DNA of 64,000 bases from the IMG/VR virus record IMGVR_UViG_3300038809_000021, positions 7,782 to 71,781 of that record. One strand, given 5' to 3'. The DNA comes from a virus. Every line of letters starts with the position of its first letter. The first letter of the stretch is position 1. A model generated the notes under the pieces. That model saw only the letters and a program-made list of their open reading frames with translations, did no database searches and was not told the origin of the DNA. The translations under genes were made by a program, and so were the position numbers. Positions 9,498 through 19,600 of the stretch are shown here, piece after piece.

Positions 9498-10412
9498 ATG
9501 AACCCCCAGTTGCTTAAACTCTTGATGCGTGCAGGTGTTTTCATGGCCCCTGCTGATGGCGAAGGCAATGATCTTGGCGGTGGCGCTGATGACAGCGAAC
9601 TGACCGAAGAGCAGAAGACCGAAGCCGCAGCTAAAGCTCAGAAGGAAGCGGACGATAAAGCCGCTGCCGACAAGCTGAAAGGTGAGCAGGAAAACGCTGA
9701 CGCTGACAAGAACAAACCAGGCAAGCCTTCCGACGCAGAAGCGAAACTGCTGAAAGAAGTCATGGCTCTGAAAACCAAGGCTGCTGCGGCTGCCGACGAA
9801 CTGAAAGCGTACAAAGACGCGGCCGGTGAATCGAAGCCCGACGAGCTGAAAGCGTTGATCGAAGCGAAGAAAGAGGCTGACCGTCTCGCGCTCGAAAAAC
9901 GTGGTGAGTACGACCGCATCCTGGAGCAAGTGAAGGGCGAGCATACCAAGGAAGTGACCACACTCAACGACAGAATCGCCGCTCTTGAGCTGCAACTGTC
10001 CGAGAAGGACAACTCCCTGGTAGAGCTGACAGTTGGCCGGGCATTCAGCGACAGTCCGTTCATTCGCGAGAAGAGCCTCATTCCTGCCAGTCTGGCTCGG
10101 AAAGAGTTCGGCGCGCATGTGGACATCGTTGATGGCGCTGCGGTTGTGTACGACAAGCCACGCGGTGCAAGTGATCGCACCCCTTTGGTAGACGGCGCCG
10201 GTAAACCGAAGTCGTTTGAAGAAGGCATCCAGGCGCTGTATAGTACGCATCCAGAAGCAGCCGCTTTGATTCGTGCCGCTGGTAAGCCGGGTTCTGGTTC
10301 CAACACGACCGATTTGGGCGGCAAGAAGCCAGATGACCAGAAAGAGATTTCTGCTGGTGCCGGTCGAATCGCTGCTGGACTGGCTGCTCGTGCTGCTGCC
10401 GCAAAGAAGTGA
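9498..10412 (+). CDS. Capsid scaffolding protein
   Basis: FMAPADGEGNDLGGG N-terminus, Lys/Glu/Ala coiled coil, GKPGSGS C-terminus; lies between portal and capsid genes. Confidence 0.75.
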   Translation: MNPQLLKLLMRAGVFMAPADGEGNDLGGGADDSELTEEQKTEAAAKAQKEADDKAAADKLKGEQENADADKNKPGKPSDAEAKLLKEVMALKTKAAAAADELKAYKDAAGESKPDELKALIEAKKEADRLALEKRGEYDRILEQVKGEHTKEVTTLNDRIAALELQLSEKDNSLVELTVGRAFSDSPFIREKSLIPASLARKEFGAHVDIVDGAAVVYDKPRGASDRTPLVDGAGKPKSFEEGIQALYSTHPEAAALIRAAGKPGSGSNTTDLGGKKPDDQKEISAGAGRIAAGLAARAAAAKK

Positions 10413-10494
10413 ATCAGTAAGGGTCTAAGTGACTGGGGCTTGCTGAGATATGAAAACCAAACCTTTTGTTTTAGCTAGCTAAGGAGTTAGTGAA

Positions 10495-11397
10495 ATGCCT
10501 CTGTTGCGCACCGTAGCGGAAACGCTGTCTCAAGAAGACATGCTTCGTGGTGTTATTGAAGAAATCATCCATCGCGATGACCTTCTGGCCCTGCTGCCTT
10601 TCAGCCGTGTTGACGGCAAGGCCCTGGTTTACATCCGTGAGCTGACCAACTCGGAAGGTACCTTCCTCGACGTGAACGAAATCGTGCCAGAAGGCGCGAG
10701 CGACGTTGAAGAAGTCGTCACCAAGCTGCGAATCATCGCTGGCGACGTTGACGTGGACAACTTCCTCAACGAAACCATGAGCGACACCAACAGCCAACTG
10801 GCGTTGCAGATCGCTCTGAAAGCCAAGGGTATGGCTACCACTTTCCGTCGCGCCCTGGTTGTCGGTGACTCCACCGTCAATCCGAAGCAATTCGACGGTC
10901 TGGAAAAACTCGTCACCGACACCGGCAACTTCATCGAAGCTGGCGTGAACGGCGGCGCAGTAAGCCTGGCAATCCTGGACGAACTGGTCGACAAGCTGAC
11001 TGGCAAGAAGCCTGATGCTTTCGTCATGCGTTCCGGTACCCTGCGTGCCCTGAAAGCGCTGTGGCGCGCTGCTGGTGGTAACACCGGTAACATGCTGCAA
11101 CTCGACAACTTCGGCCAAATCCCTGCGCATGATGGCGTTCCAATCATCATCAACGACTTCATCCCGGTGAAGGCTCAGGGCACCAACGCTGAAACCACTT
11201 CCATCTACGCCGTTCGCCTGAACGAAGTTGATGGTCTGCATGGCCTGTACGGCGGTGCTTCTGCTGGTGTTCGTGTCGAAGACATCGGCACCGTGCAGAA
11301 CAAGGACGCGACTCGTACTCGCTTGAAGTGGTACGTCGGCTTGGCGCTGAAATCCACTCACTCGCTGGCTGCCATCAAGGGCATCACCAACGTGTAA
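10495..11397 (+). CDS. Major capsid protein (HK97 fold)
   Basis: 300 aa, strong AAGGAG RBS, highly biased codons, follows scaffold, terminator after it. Confidence 0.85.
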   Translation: MPLLRTVAETLSQEDMLRGVIEEIIHRDDLLALLPFSRVDGKALVYIRELTNSEGTFLDVNEIVPEGASDVEEVVTKLRIIAGDVDVDNFLNETMSDTNSQLALQIALKAKGMATTFRRALVVGDSTVNPKQFDGLEKLVTDTGNFIEAGVNGGAVSLAILDELVDKLTGKKPDAFVMRSGTLRALKALWRAAGGNTGNMLQLDNFGQIPAHDGVPIIINDFIPVKAQGTNAETTSIYAVRLNEVDGLHGLYGGASAGVRVEDIGTVQNKDATRTRLKWYVGLALKSTHSLAAIKGITNV

Positions 11398-11427
11398 GTG
11401 GCGGGGGTGCCTCGGCAACCTGATATA

Positions 11428-11456
11428 AAGGGGCTCGGGAAACCAGCCCCTTTTTT
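11428..11456 (+). terminator. Intrinsic terminator after major capsid gene
   Basis: AAGGGGCT / AGCCCCTT stem followed by T tract. Confidence 0.8.
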
Positions 11457-11486
11457 AATACCCTGTTTTCAGAGGATTGAACGAAC

Positions 11487-12632
11487 ATGAAAGTCAAGAT
11501 CATCGACAAAGGCTTCGCCAACTTCACTGGTGCTTTCGGCACCGTGAGCTTCGTTGACGGCATTTCGGAAGACATTTCGAACGCCGAAGCAACCCAACTC
11601 GGCAACATCCTGGCAGTCCAGAACCTGGAGACCGGCGAGAACCCGTCCGTCACTCAGCAAATGGCCAACCTGCGGGACAAAAATATCTCCGAAATGGGAA
11701 AGCGCCAAACGGCGAGTGAACCAGCCGGCGTAGCCAAGCAAGTCTTCGGCGTGCCGAACGATGCTGGCGACAAGCTGCTGCCACTGGCCGACAAGACCCA
11801 AATGCGCAACATCGTGCAGGAAGGTCTGAGCTACGACTACACCGAAGCCGACCTGGACGCACTCGTGCAGAAAGAAGGCATCGCTGGTCTGCGCGCATTC
11901 GCTGAACCCTACGGTGTGAACGGCCGCTCGATCGCCGGCATGGTGAAAGAGCTGATGGAACAGAAAGGTCTGATCGGCGTGAAGCAGGTCGAACCGTTCA
12001 CCATCAGCGCCATCCAGATGACCAAGACCCAAGCTCACGAGCCAGGTCTGGGCCAGGTTCCACAGAACCACCCTGGTGACGCAGCCACTTCTCTGAGCAA
12101 CGACGGCGTGTACGCCCACGAAGCTCCGAATGGTGGTGTTCAGGCCGGCCGCACTCGTGCAGTTGACCGTGACGCAGCCGACATCAGCGACATCGAAGAG
12201 CTGAAACCACAGGTGGCATCTGCCAAGCTGTCGGCCGAAGCTGCTGACGAAATCGCTCGCGAAACTGCTGGTGCCGAGCAGACTCACGAAGCAGCCGTTG
12301 CCGAACAGGCTCGTGTTGCCGAAGAGAAAGTTTCGCTGGCCGAAACTGACGCTGCCTTGAAAGAAGCTGCCGGTGAGCCACAGACCGACAACGCTTCGGA
12401 CAAGTCCCAGATCGAGCATCTGGACAGCAAGTCGGTAGAAGACGATGCGTTTGCCAAAGCTCTGGTCGAAGGCCAGGCTGCTGCGGAAGACACTCGTCAG
12501 GAAGCCGGTGCCGAAGACAAGCCTGCGACCGAAGCTGTGAAGGAAGAAACCCCAAAGGTTGAAGCCGACGAGCAGCCGCAAGCGACCACCAAAAAAGCAG
12601 CAGCTAAAAAGGCCGCCGCTACCAAGGAGTAA
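11487..12632 (+). CDS. Virion-associated hypothetical protein with acidic Ala-rich C-terminal half and KKAAAKK tail
   Basis: 381 aa, GAGG RBS, follows the capsid gene; biased codons. Confidence 0.7.
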   Translation: MKVKIIDKGFANFTGAFGTVSFVDGISEDISNAEATQLGNILAVQNLETGENPSVTQQMANLRDKNISEMGKRQTASEPAGVAKQVFGVPNDAGDKLLPLADKTQMRNIVQEGLSYDYTEADLDALVQKEGIAGLRAFAEPYGVNGRSIAGMVKELMEQKGLIGVKQVEPFTISAIQMTKTQAHEPGLGQVPQNHPGDAATSLSNDGVYAHEAPNGGVQAGRTRAVDRDAADISDIEELKPQVASAKLSAEAADEIARETAGAEQTHEAAVAEQARVAEEKVSLAETDAALKEAAGEPQTDNASDKSQIEHLDSKSVEDDAFAKALVEGQAAAEDTRQEAGAEDKPATEAVKEETPKVEADEQPQATTKKAAAKKAAATKE

Positions 12633-12638
12633 GGCGTC

Positions 12639-13460
12639 ATGGCAAGTGTCCTGAAAAGCGGCACTGCCATCACCTTTCCTGTCGTTGCATCAGAAGGCGG
12701 ATTCCCAGAATCCGCTTTTTCTGTTTCTAAGGCAGTATCGATCGGTGGTGTGACAGTGTGGGAAGACCCTGCCAAGCAAGACTGGCAGGACGCAATCGAC
12801 AATCGTGTGCGGTTCCCAGGAGCAGCAAGCGTTGTCGTCGGCAGTCAACAGGCGTTCGCGCTGTTCCAGATCAGCGCATGGGACGAGGCCGGTGAACTGC
12901 TTGCTCGGGTAGACAACGAAGTCATCATCGAAGCCAGCGACCTGCTGCGCCCGCTGGTGAACAGCTTCGGTACCTGGGGTGAGCTGACACTGAAAGCGCA
13001 TCAACGAGTTGACCTGCGTGACTACGGCTGGGCACCGGACGACCAGAAGAAAGCTGCGCTGATCCAGGCGTATCACAACATCGGTGACGTGCATGTCGAT
13101 TTCTGTCCACCACGCCGTCGTGCGCGCTGGATGAACCAGAGTCGCATGTGGGATGACACCGGAATCTTCGAGAGTGACATCGAAAGAATCTGGTCGACAC
13201 GGATGCTGACTGATGTAACCTGGGGCCAATTGCAGTCGGATGTTCACGAGCGCCTGGTAACGGCGCAGTTGATCGAAGCGAACTTCCTCTTGAGCGGTCG
13301 CACGCCCGAGAAGCAGCGTCTCTCTGGTCTGCTGTCGCACAGCGCCGGTGAATCGACTCACTTCTACCGCACCACGAAACCGCTGGAGCTTCCGGTTTGC
13401 CGGGCTACAGCATTGGCCTTGAAAGGGATCATCAGTTATGTCGTCCGTATCTCAGGATAA
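12639..13460 (+). CDS. Putative head-tail adaptor/connector
   Basis: Position, and C-terminal ALIQAY ... AQLIEANFLL ... LSHSAGES pattern typical of adaptor proteins. Confidence 0.55.
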   Translation: MASVLKSGTAITFPVVASEGGFPESAFSVSKAVSIGGVTVWEDPAKQDWQDAIDNRVRFPGAASVVVGSQQAFALFQISAWDEAGELLARVDNEVIIEASDLLRPLVNSFGTWGELTLKAHQRVDLRDYGWAPDDQKKAALIQAYHNIGDVHVDFCPPRRRARWMNQSRMWDDTGIFESDIERIWSTRMLTDVTWGQLQSDVHERLVTAQLIEANFLLSGRTPEKQRLSGLLSHSAGESTHFYRTTKPLELPVCRATALALKGIISYVVRISG

Positions 13461-14139
13461 TCAGGCGCTGACTCGGAGGGTGGCTCACATCAGCGCCCTC
13501 TACAGCGGCTTTCAAAAGTCGCTGATCGGTCAGGTTGTCGAAGTGCTTGCTGGAATGGGTAGCGGGGTGTTCACGCTGCTGACCATGAACAACAAGCTGG
13601 AGCAGATGGGCCGCACTGCGAACGAGCAACTGCGCCTGACAATCTCAATGGACCTCGACGAGCTGTCTGAGAGAGCGCTAGTGACGTCCAAAGCTGAACC
13701 CGATGCGTCGATCAGTTCGACTGCACTGGCGGTCTCACAGACGCTCTCGCGTGGGTTTGAAGCTGAACTCATGAGCGCAGTTAACAGACTGACAGCGCGT
13801 GACGTTCGCACCGCGATCGAATTCGTCAGAATTCAGATGTCCCAGGGTCGTTTCACGGCATCGAGCGCCCAGCTCAACGAAGACATTCAGTTCACCATCC
13901 CGGACAAAGCCGGTCGCCAGATCAAGACTGACGACTACCTGAGCCGCGAAGTGAACTGGGCATACCGTCAGCACTACAACACCATCATGGTTCATGTGCT
14001 GCTGTCGGGTGACGCTGAGAAGGCCCGGGTCGATGGTGGCAGCAAGGACGGCGACGAGATTGACCTGATGCAGTACGACCAGGTGCAGGCGAAATATGTT
14101 CACCACAACTCGAAAAGTCTGCTCCAGCCTCTTGACTAA
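13438..14139 (+). CDS. Hypothetical head/neck morphogenesis protein
   Basis: 233 aa ORF within the structural operon. Confidence 0.55.
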   Translation: MSSVSQDNQALTRRVAHISALYSGFQKSLIGQVVEVLAGMGSGVFTLLTMNNKLEQMGRTANEQLRLTISMDLDELSERALVTSKAEPDASISSTALAVSQTLSRGFEAELMSAVNRLTARDVRTAIEFVRIQMSQGRFTASSAQLNEDIQFTIPDKAGRQIKTDDYLSREVNWAYRQHYNTIMVHVLLSGDAEKARVDGGSKDGDEIDLMQYDQVQAKYVHHNSKSLLQPLD

Positions 14140-14176
14140 CTGGTAAGCAGGCTTCCACTCGCATATAATGTGGCGC

Positions 14177-14527
14177 ATGACAGCATTCATGCCTACATCC
14201 GAAGGGTACCTGATGATTGCTGGTGACGATTTCACAGTCACCGGCGATCGTATCTACTCGGAAAAAGTGAAAATTGGTCTGAGCATCGTCCGAGTCCTGG
14301 ACCTTGTTCAGCAAACCTCCGTTCGTGCAGACCAATCAGGCACCAAGTCCTTTGCAGACGAAAACGTCGAGCAAGGCCGGGCGCTGATTCATCCTCGTGT
14401 GAAGCCTAAAGTGAATGACATCCTGATCATGGCGGAAGACCGCTATGAGATTAAGGGCGTGCGTCCGGTCTATGACATGTACGGCGAAGTCGATCACTAC
14501 CAGGCTGAGTTGGCGACATGGGTCTGA
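14177..14527 (+). CDS. Putative head closure (stopper) protein
   Basis: Beta-rich ~116 aa protein ending YEIKGVRPVYDMYGEVDHYQAEL; position in the neck cluster. Confidence 0.6.
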   Translation: MTAFMPTSEGYLMIAGDDFTVTGDRIYSEKVKIGLSIVRVLDLVQQTSVRADQSGTKSFADENVEQGRALIHPRVKPKVNDILIMAEDRYEIKGVRPVYDMYGEVDHYQAELATWV

Positions 14528-14973
14528 CGGTCAAAAATCTCGCAGCGGTCATGCTCAACTTTGCCCGCGCAGAAGAGAGGGTAGCCAAAGGCTCACTCGC
14601 TCAACTGCGCAAGTCGGCAGAGAAGGTCGTGAAGCGGGCGCGAGAGTACGCACCGGTGGACACAGAGGACTTGGAAGGCGCAATTGAGGCTCAGGAAGGG
14701 CGTGAGCGCACCGCTCTGGGTCGTTTCGGGGCAACGACTATCGACGTCGGGGTGAATGTCTCTAAGCTGAACCTGGAAGAGCATGGCGGGTATGACTACT
14801 CGATCCGCATGCACGAAGACCCAAATTACAACCTGGGGCCACTGTCCCAGGCAAAGCAGTCTGCTACAGGCAAGCAGATTGGCTACAAATACCTCCAGCG
14901 TGCGATGGAAGACCTCCGCGCTGAGATTACCCGAGACATGGCAGAAGCAGTACAGCGGAGCGTAGGGCGATGA
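14518..14973 (+). CDS. HK97 gp10-like neck/tail completion protein
   Basis: AREYAPVDTEDLEGAI and KYLQRAMED motifs. Confidence 0.75.
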   Translation: MGLTVKNLAAVMLNFARAEERVAKGSLAQLRKSAEKVVKRAREYAPVDTEDLEGAIEAQEGRERTALGRFGATTIDVGVNVSKLNLEEHGGYDYSIRMHEDPNYNLGPLSQAKQSATGKQIGYKYLQRAMEDLRAEITRDMAEAVQRSVGR

Positions 14974-15359
14974 AACTCGAAGACGCATTGGTGCTTCTGC
15001 TGCGAGAGGTCAGGACGACACCGGTGATGGTGCCGGGCAAGAACCTGTTTCACAGCTTCATGCCTTCCGAGGTTGAAGCTGGTACCCTGATCCTGACTCG
15101 CGTCCCAATCATGATCGACCCGTATCACGGGTTGAGAAAAGGAACCTTCCAGGTCATCTGTCGCAACAAGAATCTTGTGGCGGCGCATGATGCTGCAACC
15201 ACTATCCTGAACGGGATCGTGAACGAGGGTGTAACAAAGGGCGGCGTGAACTTTCGGTTCATCAAAGCTCTCAACGAACCACTGGTGTTTCCACGCACCG
15301 AAGGCGGCCAATTTGAGGCTTCCGTGAATTACAACTTTGCAGCTTCCTGGAGTAAATGA
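14970..15359 (+). CDS. Tail terminator-like protein
   Basis: Position just before tail tube; FQVICR ... ASVNYNF pattern. Confidence 0.6.
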   Translation: MKLEDALVLLLREVRTTPVMVPGKNLFHSFMPSEVEAGTLILTRVPIMIDPYHGLRKGTFQVICRNKNLVAAHDAATTILNGIVNEGVTKGGVNFRFIKALNEPLVFPRTEGGQFEASVNYNFAASWSK

Positions 15360-15360
15360 A

Positions 15361-15891
15361 ATGGCTTCTAGCACCGAAAACATCCGCATGGGCACTTGCA
15401 AGATCCTCTTCGACGGCGTTGACCTTGGTTTCACCATGGGCGGCGTTGAAGTGGCTGTTGCGACGACCACTCACGAAACCAAGATCGACCAGTTCGGCGA
15501 CACCGTTGCCGCTGAGACCGTCATGGGTCGTACCATCACCATCACTGCGCCACTGGTTGAGACCACTCTCGACAACATGGCTCTGTTGATGCCGGGCGCC
15601 ACCATGTCGATCGACAACACCGATCCACAGAAGCCGAAGAAAGTGGTTCGGGTAACTTCCGGTACCGGTCTGTCGCTGTTGGAACGCGCCAAGGAAATGG
15701 TCCTGCACCCGATCAGCAAGCCAGCCAACGACACGTCGGAAGACCTGATCATCCCGCTGTGCGCTACCGCTGGTGCGATGAACTTCGCATACAAGTACGA
15801 CGCCGAGCGTGTGTTCAACTGCGAGTTCAAAGGCTACCCGGACTCCGAAACCGGCGTCCTGTTCATGTACGGCGACAAGACTGTCGTCTAA
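15361..15891 (+). CDS. Major tail tube protein
   Basis: ENIRMGTCKILFDGVDLGFTMGG N-terminus; precedes the chaperone pair and tape measure. Confidence 0.8.
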   Translation: MASSTENIRMGTCKILFDGVDLGFTMGGVEVAVATTTHETKIDQFGDTVAAETVMGRTITITAPLVETTLDNMALLMPGATMSIDNTDPQKPKKVVRVTSGTGLSLLERAKEMVLHPISKPANDTSEDLIIPLCATAGAMNFAYKYDAERVFNCEFKGYPDSETGVLFMYGDKTVV

Positions 15892-15920
15892 CTGAAAATC
15901 TGGTATCTTTCCCTCTACCA

Positions 15921-15942
15921 AGCGCCCCACCTTCGGGGCGCT
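15921..15942 (+). terminator. GC-rich hairpin (weak terminator or RNA stabiliser) after tail tube gene
   Basis: AGCGCCCC-ACCTTC-GGGGCGCT with a poor U tract. Confidence 0.45.
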
Positions 15943-15959
15943 GCTTTGGAGCTTAAACA

Positions 15960-16340
15960 ATGGATCTTCTCAACCTCGACGAACTCACCGACATCGAACG
16001 TCAAGTCACCATTCGTGGCGTGAACTACCCGGTCGTCGAACGCAGTATTGGTGTGCTGCTGGACAGCATCAAGGTTGCAAAGGCCGCTGCGAAACGTCGC
16101 AACGGTAAGCAGGACGAAGAGGCGTTCCTGAACGACATGATCAAGACTCTGCGCACGATTCTGCCAGAGTGCCCGGAAGAAGTTGTCCGTGGCCTGTCGA
16201 TGCCCCAGATGGTTGCTGTTCTGGAGTTCTGTAACCAGGACCCGAACAAGATGGCAGAAGAAGCGGTAGCCGAAGCGAAAGCAAATGGCGAATCCGGTGA
16301 CGTTGCCAGCGAGAAGGAAGTAGAGCCGGGAAAAGCGTAA
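15960..16340 (+). CDS. Tail assembly chaperone (lambda gpG analogue)
   Basis: Between tail tube and TMP; ends at a slippery heptamer. Confidence 0.8.
   Translation: MDLLNLDELTDIERQVTIRGVNYPVVERSIGVLLDSIKVAKAAAKRRNGKQDEEAFLNDMIKTLRTILPECPEEVVRGLSMPQMVAVLEFCNQDPNKMAEEAVAEAKANGESGDVASEKEVEPGKA
16328..16334 (+). promoter_or_regulatory. -1 frameshift heptamer G GGA AAA giving a G-T fusion chaperone (~237 aa)
   Basis: In-frame X XXY YYZ just before TAA 16338; the -1 frame is open from 16334 to 16672. Confidence 0.85.
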
Positions 16341-16672
16341 CCGTCGAAGCAATCGACTTCTCCTACGTCTTCTCCCGATTCTGCTGGTTTTACAAATGGA
16401 CCGACGAGCATGTGCTGAAAATGCCTGCTCGTCGTTTTTGGATGATGGAACGGCAAATTGATCGGATCAGGGCAGAGAACGAAATCCGCCTGATCAGTCT
16501 CAACACCCTTTCCCACCCTCCAGAAACCAAAGAGCAGCTCCAGAATATTGAAGCCCACATTGGTCGATTGACTCTGGAAATTGGCGAGAAGTTGAAGGTT
16601 CGACGGAATGTAATTGTTGCACCTGAGCCTGGCGCTGCTGCAAAATTTTTGAAATTGACAGGGCAGGGTTAA
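16334..16672 (+). CDS. Tail assembly chaperone frameshift extension (gpT analogue)
   Basis: -1 frame reads SVTVEAIDFSYVFSRFCWFYKWTDEHVLKMPARRFW...; no independent RBS. Confidence 0.8.
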   Translation, partial: SVTVEAIDFSYVFSRFCWFYKWTDEHVLKMPARRFWMMERQIDRIRAENEIRLISLNTLSHPPETKEQLQNIEAHIGRLTLEIGEKLKVRRNVIVAPEPGAAAKFLKLTGQG

Positions 16673-16675
16673 GAA

Positions 16676-19600
16676 ATGGCATTGGGTCAACTGGTACTGG
16701 AGCTAAAGCTCAACGGCAATGAATTCACCGTGGGGCTGAAATCAGCTTCTGGCCAGTTGGGCCAATTCATTGCCGGCACTCAACGTGCCAACCAAAGTGT
16801 CACACGAGCCAGCGAATCGACGAAGAAGTGGGGCAACGTCCTGCGAGATACCGTCATTGGCCTGGCCCTTGTCCGTGACGCAGTACGAACCCTTGCAGAC
16901 GTGACCGTGGGTTGGCAAGCAGCCATCGTCAAGGTCAACGGCGACATGGAGCGAAGCATCGCTCTGATGAAGGGTTTCTCCAGTCAGCGCGATACCGTAT
17001 CGGCCGCAGCAGAAGCTGTAGGCGACGTGACCAAGCTGCTGCAACGTGCATCGACTTCCCCATTCAGCCTGACCGCGATCACTGACACGTTTGTGAAATT
17101 GCGCGTGGGCGGTGTAGACCCGGCTGCCAAATCGCTGAACACCCTCGTTGACTCGGTTGCTGCCTTTGGTGGTAGCGGCGAGAACTTGAAGCGGGCTGGT
17201 GTAGCGATCCAGCAGATGGCTGGTAAAGGTGTCGTCTCGATGGAAGAGCTGCGTCAGCAACTCGGTGAGGCGGTTCCAACAGCGATCAACGCAATGGCTG
17301 ACGGTCTGGGTACCACCTACGCCAAACTGGTGAAAGAGATTTCCCAGGGCAAGGTGTCCTCGAAGCCAGCCATTCAAGCAATGATGGAACAGCTTGAGCT
17401 GTCCTTCAAAGGCTCCGCATCCAACCTCATGAACACCTGGGGCGGTGCTGTCGCGGGCTTCGAAACTGGCGTGAAGAAAATTGCAGTCGCTTTCGGTGGC
17501 CTGGGTGAAACCGGGTACGAAGATGGCGGCTACCTCAAGACTGTGACCAACGAGCTGAAAGGCTTGACTGCGGTCATGAACAGCCCGGAAATCCTGAACA
17601 GCGCTCGTGAAGTCGGCAAGGCAATCGCTGAGCTGGTGAAGACTGCTGCTGACGGCGCCAAGTGGATCATCGCCAACCGTGACGCGATCTACGGCTGGGG
17701 CAAGGCCCTGCTGTATCTCTGGCTGGCGTTCAAGGGCGCGAGCATCATCGGTTCTGTCATGGGTACCGCGGGCGCTGCAATCAGCAAGCTCTCGATGGCC
17801 ATGATTCAGATGCGTATGCAGGGGCTGAGCGCAACTGCTGCACTGCGAGCGCAAGCGGTTGCGATGTCTGGGTTCAACAGCAGCGCAGCAATCGCAGCCG
17901 GTGGGTTCGCACGTATCGCAACTGGGTCTGCTGCTGCCGGCATTGCTGTGCGCGGTCTGGGCGCTGCACTGGGTGTCATCGCCGGCCCAATCGGCTTGGT
18001 GATCACTCTGGCCGCTTCCCTGGGCCTGGCCTGGTATGAGTCGGCCAAAGGCGCGAAGGCTGCCGAAGATGCAGTGCTTGCCCTCAACGGTGCCTTGACT
18101 GACAACAACCAGCTCAAGATTCTGTCGGACAAGCGCGCCAGCGTGAAAGAGGAATACGACAACGAGTTCGGCAAGAACAAGGGCGTCGTCACCATCGGTC
18201 AATACGGCAGCTACAACACCATCGCTGAGTACCAAGCAGCGAAGGCGAAGAAAGAAGCCGAAATGAAGTCGCTGGACGACACATTCTTCAAGGCCCGGGT
18301 CAAGGTTGCAGAGAACTACGCCAGCCAGGAAGCAGACGCTGCCATTCAAGCGAACGACGCGGCAGTGGGCGAGGTCAGCCGGAACTACACGCTGAACCAG
18401 CGCGACCTGATGAAGCAGTTCACCGAAGAGGCCAAGAAGTCGGGCAAAGCGTTCGACGACGAGGGCTACCGGAAAGCGTTGAAGCAGATCGGCATCGTCA
18501 AGCTGGAAGACGAAATCGACCTGTACAAAGGCGCCAAGAAAGCTGCTGAGGATGCAATCGAGAAGATCGCACCACAGGGCAAGAAGTCGCAGATCGACCA
18601 GACCCAGCTCGTGCAGCTCAAAGCCGCGCAGAAGCAGGTCGAAGCGTACACGACCAAAATTGCCGAAGCCGAAACCCAGATGATGGAGCTGGGCAAGATC
18701 AGCCTGGCTGACACAATAGTCAATGGCAAAGGCAAGGACGACGGCAAGCCGAAGTTCGACGCTCTGTCTATCTGGGTAGACAAGCTCGCTGTGAAGTACG
18801 GCAACCTGACTGCGAAGGCTGAGGAAGCGAACCCGTACCTGGGCGAGCTGGCAGCCGTTGTGGAGTCGTTGGACGGCAAGAAGCTGCCCAACTTCGATGC
18901 TGAGTACGCAAAGGCGCAGAAGCTCGCTGAGGGCTACTGGGCGGCCGAAAAAGCCATGAAGGCGATCACGACTGCGCAGACTGAGTACAAAAACGGCGCA
19001 AGTCGTCTGGACGCGATCCAGGACCTGGTGAACGCGAAGCTGAACAAGGTCGAGAACCTCAACCCATGGGAGAAAGCTTCGGCTGACTCGCAACGGTATG
19101 AGGACGAGCTGCAAGACCTGACCGCTGAGCTGGAGAAGACCAAGAAGGCTGCATACGACGCGCAGGTTGACGGCCGGGGTGAGAGCTTCCTCAAGAAGCT
19201 GGAAGAGGAAGGCGTAGCGACCGCAGCGAAGATGGAAGAGGTTCGTGCGACCATCGAGAAGCTGAAAGTCGCTGACACCGGCAAGAAGATGCGTGAAGAC
19301 GCCGACAGCATCAGCGAAGGTCTGCTGGAGCCGGATGAAAAGGCGCGTGTTCAGTACGATCGGCAAACTGCCTGGGCGGAAGAGTTCTATCGCAACCACC
19401 AGGACCAGTTGAATCAGGACAGCGTTGCGCTGGCAGCCTACTACGACTACCGCGGTAGCCTGGATGCGCAGTTCCAGCGCGACACTGAATCCGGTCTGGA
19501 CGCATGGATTCGCCAGAACAAAGATGCGACTGAGGAATACAAGTCGCTCTGGGGTTCTGCGATGGACAAATTCAACGACACCCTGGTTGACGGGTTGACC

